This document shows, in pieces, positions 61,585-64,000 of a DNA stretch of 64,000 nucleotides. Both the position numbers and the translations under genes were made by a program. Below the pieces are notes generated by a model. The model worked only from the letters and a program-made list of their open reading frames with translations, was not told the origin of the DNA and did no database searches. This DNA comes from the human T2T-CHM13v2.0 reference genome, Homo sapiens. The stretch spans positions 10,432,001-10,496,000 of the forward strand of contig CP068257.2 of assembly GCA_009914755.4 (NCBI GenBank), written 5' to 3'. Numbering within the stretch: the first letter of the stretch is position 1; every line of letters begins with the position of its first letter.

Positions 61585-61647
61585 TGTGATGTTAGCTGGT
61601 TATTTGGCTCGTTAGTTGATGCAGTTTCTTCCTAGCTTTGGTGGTCT

Positions 61648-62656
61648 TTACAATTTGGCATGTTTTTGCAGTGGCTGTTACCGGTTGTTCCTTTCCATGT
61701 TTAGTGCTTCCTTCAGGAGCTCTTTTAGGGCAGGCCTGGTGGTGACCAAATCTCTCATCATTTGCTTGTCTGTAAAGGATTGTATTTCTCCCTCACTTAT
61801 GGAGCTTAGTTTGGCTGGATATGAAATTCTGGGTTGAAATTATTTTCTTTAAGAATGTTGAATATTGGCCCCCACTCTCTTCTGGCTTGTAGAGTTTCTG
61901 CCGAGAGATCCACTGTTAGTCCGATGGGCTTCCCTTTGTGGGTAACCCAACCTTTCTCTCTGGCTTCCCTTAACATTTTTTTCCTTCATTTCAACTTTGG
62001 TGAATCTGACAATTATGTGTCTTGGAGTTGCTGTTCTTGAGGAGTATCTTTGTGACATTCTCTGTATTTCCTGAATTTGAATGTTGGCCTGCCTTTCTAG
62101 ATTGGGGAAGTTCTGGATAATAGCCTGCAGAGTGTTTTGCAACTTGGTTCCATTCTCCCCGTCACTTTCAGGTACACCAATCAGACATAGATTTGGTCTT
62201 TTCACATAGTCCCATATTTCTTGAAGGCTTTGTTCTTTTTATTCCTTTTTCTCTAAACTTCTTTTCTCACTTCATTTCATTCATTTGACCTTCCATCACT
62301 GATAACGTTTCTTCCAGTTGATTGAATCAGCTACTGAAGCTTGTGCATTCATCACACAGTTCTTGTGTCATGATTTTTAGCTCCTTCAGATCCTTTAAGG
62401 ACTTCTCTGCATTGGTTATTCTAGTTAGTCATTCGTCTAATCTTTTTTCAAGGTTTTTAACTTGTTTGCCATGGGTTTGAGCTTCCTCCTTTAGCTTGGA
62501 GAAGTTTGATAGTCTGAAGTCTTCTTCTCTCAACTCATCAAAGTCATTCTCCATCCAGCTTTTTTCCATTGCTGGTGAGGAGCTGCATTCCTTTGGAGAA
62601 GGAGAGGCACTCTGATTTTTAGAATTTTCAGTTTTTCTGCTCTGTTTTTTCTCCGT
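61648..62656 (-). pseudogene. L1 ORF1 remnant. Start codon apparently mutated (ATG to ACG) and frame disrupted
   Basis: The + strand has 'tctgttttttctccgtctttgtgg' where intact L1 has 'tctgttttttccccatctttgtgg', so 'cat' (ATG) became 'cgt'. The stop 'tta' at 61648-61650 lies within 'ctttacaatttggcatg', the reverse complement of CATGCCAAAATGTAAAG. Only a 118-aa ORF (61849-62205) survives. Confidence 0.7.
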
Positions 62657-64000
62657 CTTTGTGGATTTATCTACCTTTGGTCTTTGATGAAGGTGATGTA
62701 CAGATGGGGTTTTGGTGTGGATGTCCTTTCTGTTTGTTAGTTTTCCTTCTAACAGTCAGGACCCTCAGTTGCAGGTCTGTTGGAGTTTGCTGGAGGTCCA
62801 CTCCAGACCCTGTTTGCCTGGGTATCAGCAGTGGAGGCTGCAGAACAGTGAATATTGGTGAACAGCAAATGTTGCTGCCTGATCCTTCCTCTGGATGTTT
62901 CATCTCAGAGGAGTACCCGGCCATGTGAGATGTCAGTCTGCCCCTACTGGGGAGTGCCTCCCAGTTAGGCTACCTGGGGGTCAGGGACCCACTTGAGGAG
63001 GCAGTCTGTCCATTCTCAGATCTCAAGCTGCATGCTGGGAGAACCACTACTGTCTTCAAAGCTGTCAAACAGGGACAATTTAAGTCTGCAGAGGTTTCTG
63101 CTGCCTTTTATTTGGCTATGCCCTGCCCCCAGAGGTGGAGTCTACAGAGGCAGGCAGGCCTCCTTGAGCTGTGGTGGGCTCCACCCAGTTCGAGCTTCCT
63201 GGCCACTTTGTTTATTTACTCAAGCCTTGGCAATGGCAGGCCCCCCTTCCCCAGCCTCGCTGTTGCCTTGCAGTTTGATCTCAGAGTGCTGTGCTAGCAA
63301 TGAGCAAGGCTCTGTGGGCGTAGGACCCTCCAAGATATGCACGGGATATAATCTCCTGGTGTGCTGTTTGCTAAGACCATCAGAAAAGCACAGTATTAGT
63401 GTGGGAGTGACCCGATTTTCCAGGTGCCATCTGTCACCCCTTTCCTTGGCTAGGAAAGGGAATTCTCTGACCCCTTGCACTTCCTGGGTGAGGCAATTCC
63501 TCGCCCTGCTTTGGCTCATGCTCGGTGCGCTGCACCCACTGTCCTGCACCCACTGTCCGACAGTCCCCGGTGAGATGAACCTGGTACCTCAGTTGGAAAT
63601 GCAGAAATCATTCATCTTCTGTGTCGCTCACACTGTGAGCTGTAGACTGGAGTTGTTCCCATTCGGCCATTTTGGAACCACCTCTGAGTTTTGGTTTCTT
63701 GATAGAACCTGGACAGGTGGGCTGAGGTGCTGTGGGACATAAATGGGGAAGAGCTGGACCCAATATCCAGAACCAAGTAAGCTTTTACTCACCATGTGGT
63801 TTTGTTTCTGAGTTTATGGTTTGACCAGATGCAGAAGAGTTTGTCCGGGACTTCTGAGGGGTGAAGAACTTGAAGGGAGAATAATATAACTTATTAGTCA
63901 AATAAATGAAAATATCATAATTGTGGATATGTTCTTGTGAGTGGGGGTAGCTCAGCAGTGTGTGTTCATCCCCAGAAAAGAGAAAATCTTGTCTGCTGTG

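Noticed and set aside
62993-63742. 249-aa + ORF
   Set aside because: It lies entirely within the antisense strand of the L1 5'UTR, a GC-rich region with few stops. It is an artefact.

Overview
Human-type genomic DNA, not a prokaryotic locus. I see no support for a novel or previously undescribed 'system'. The window has three parts.

(1) Positions 1-43034 are one uniformly oriented HSat3-type pentameric satellite array with (GGAAT)n on the + strand, i.e. the (CATTC)n/(GAATG)n family. The CpG-bearing variant ACTCGAATGG is frequent. Internally it contains a 0.65-kb 5'-truncated L1 3' end inserted antisense at 11588-12236, many local tandem duplications of 60-510 bp, a ~1.5-kb higher-order periodicity at ~27-33 kb, and dispersed ~0.6-kb duplicate blocks 3.4-3.65 kb apart. 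The hundreds of ORFs in the supplied track here (MEWNG... on +, HSIPF... on -) are frame-open artefacts of a 5-nt repeat, not genes.

(2) At ~43035 the satellite stops abruptly and ~14.5 kb of unique-type sequence follows. It holds a structurally complete germline immunoglobulin heavy-chain V gene of the IGHV1 subgroup: heptamer/octamer promoter, 46-nt leader exon, 83-nt intron, 296-nt V-REGION with an open frame, and a 23-bp-spacer RSS. About 9.4 kb downstream in the same orientation is a degenerate IGHV4-like pseudogene with its own recognisable 23-RSS. Interspersed are a MaLR THE1-like LTR, four Alus, an old L1 ORF2 fragment, GT-rich simple repeats and a (TG)24 microsatellite. An IGHV gene abutting >40 kb of HSat3 is the signature of an IGHV orphon cluster in pericentromeric or acrocentric short-arm DNA (chr15/16/21-type), not the functional 14q32 locus.

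(3) Positions 57555-63683 are a full-length (~6.1 kb) L1PA-type LINE-1 in antisense orientation. ORF2 is broken into at least 5 frames and the ORF1 start codon is mutated.

Nothing here suggests a defence system, operon or RNA gene.
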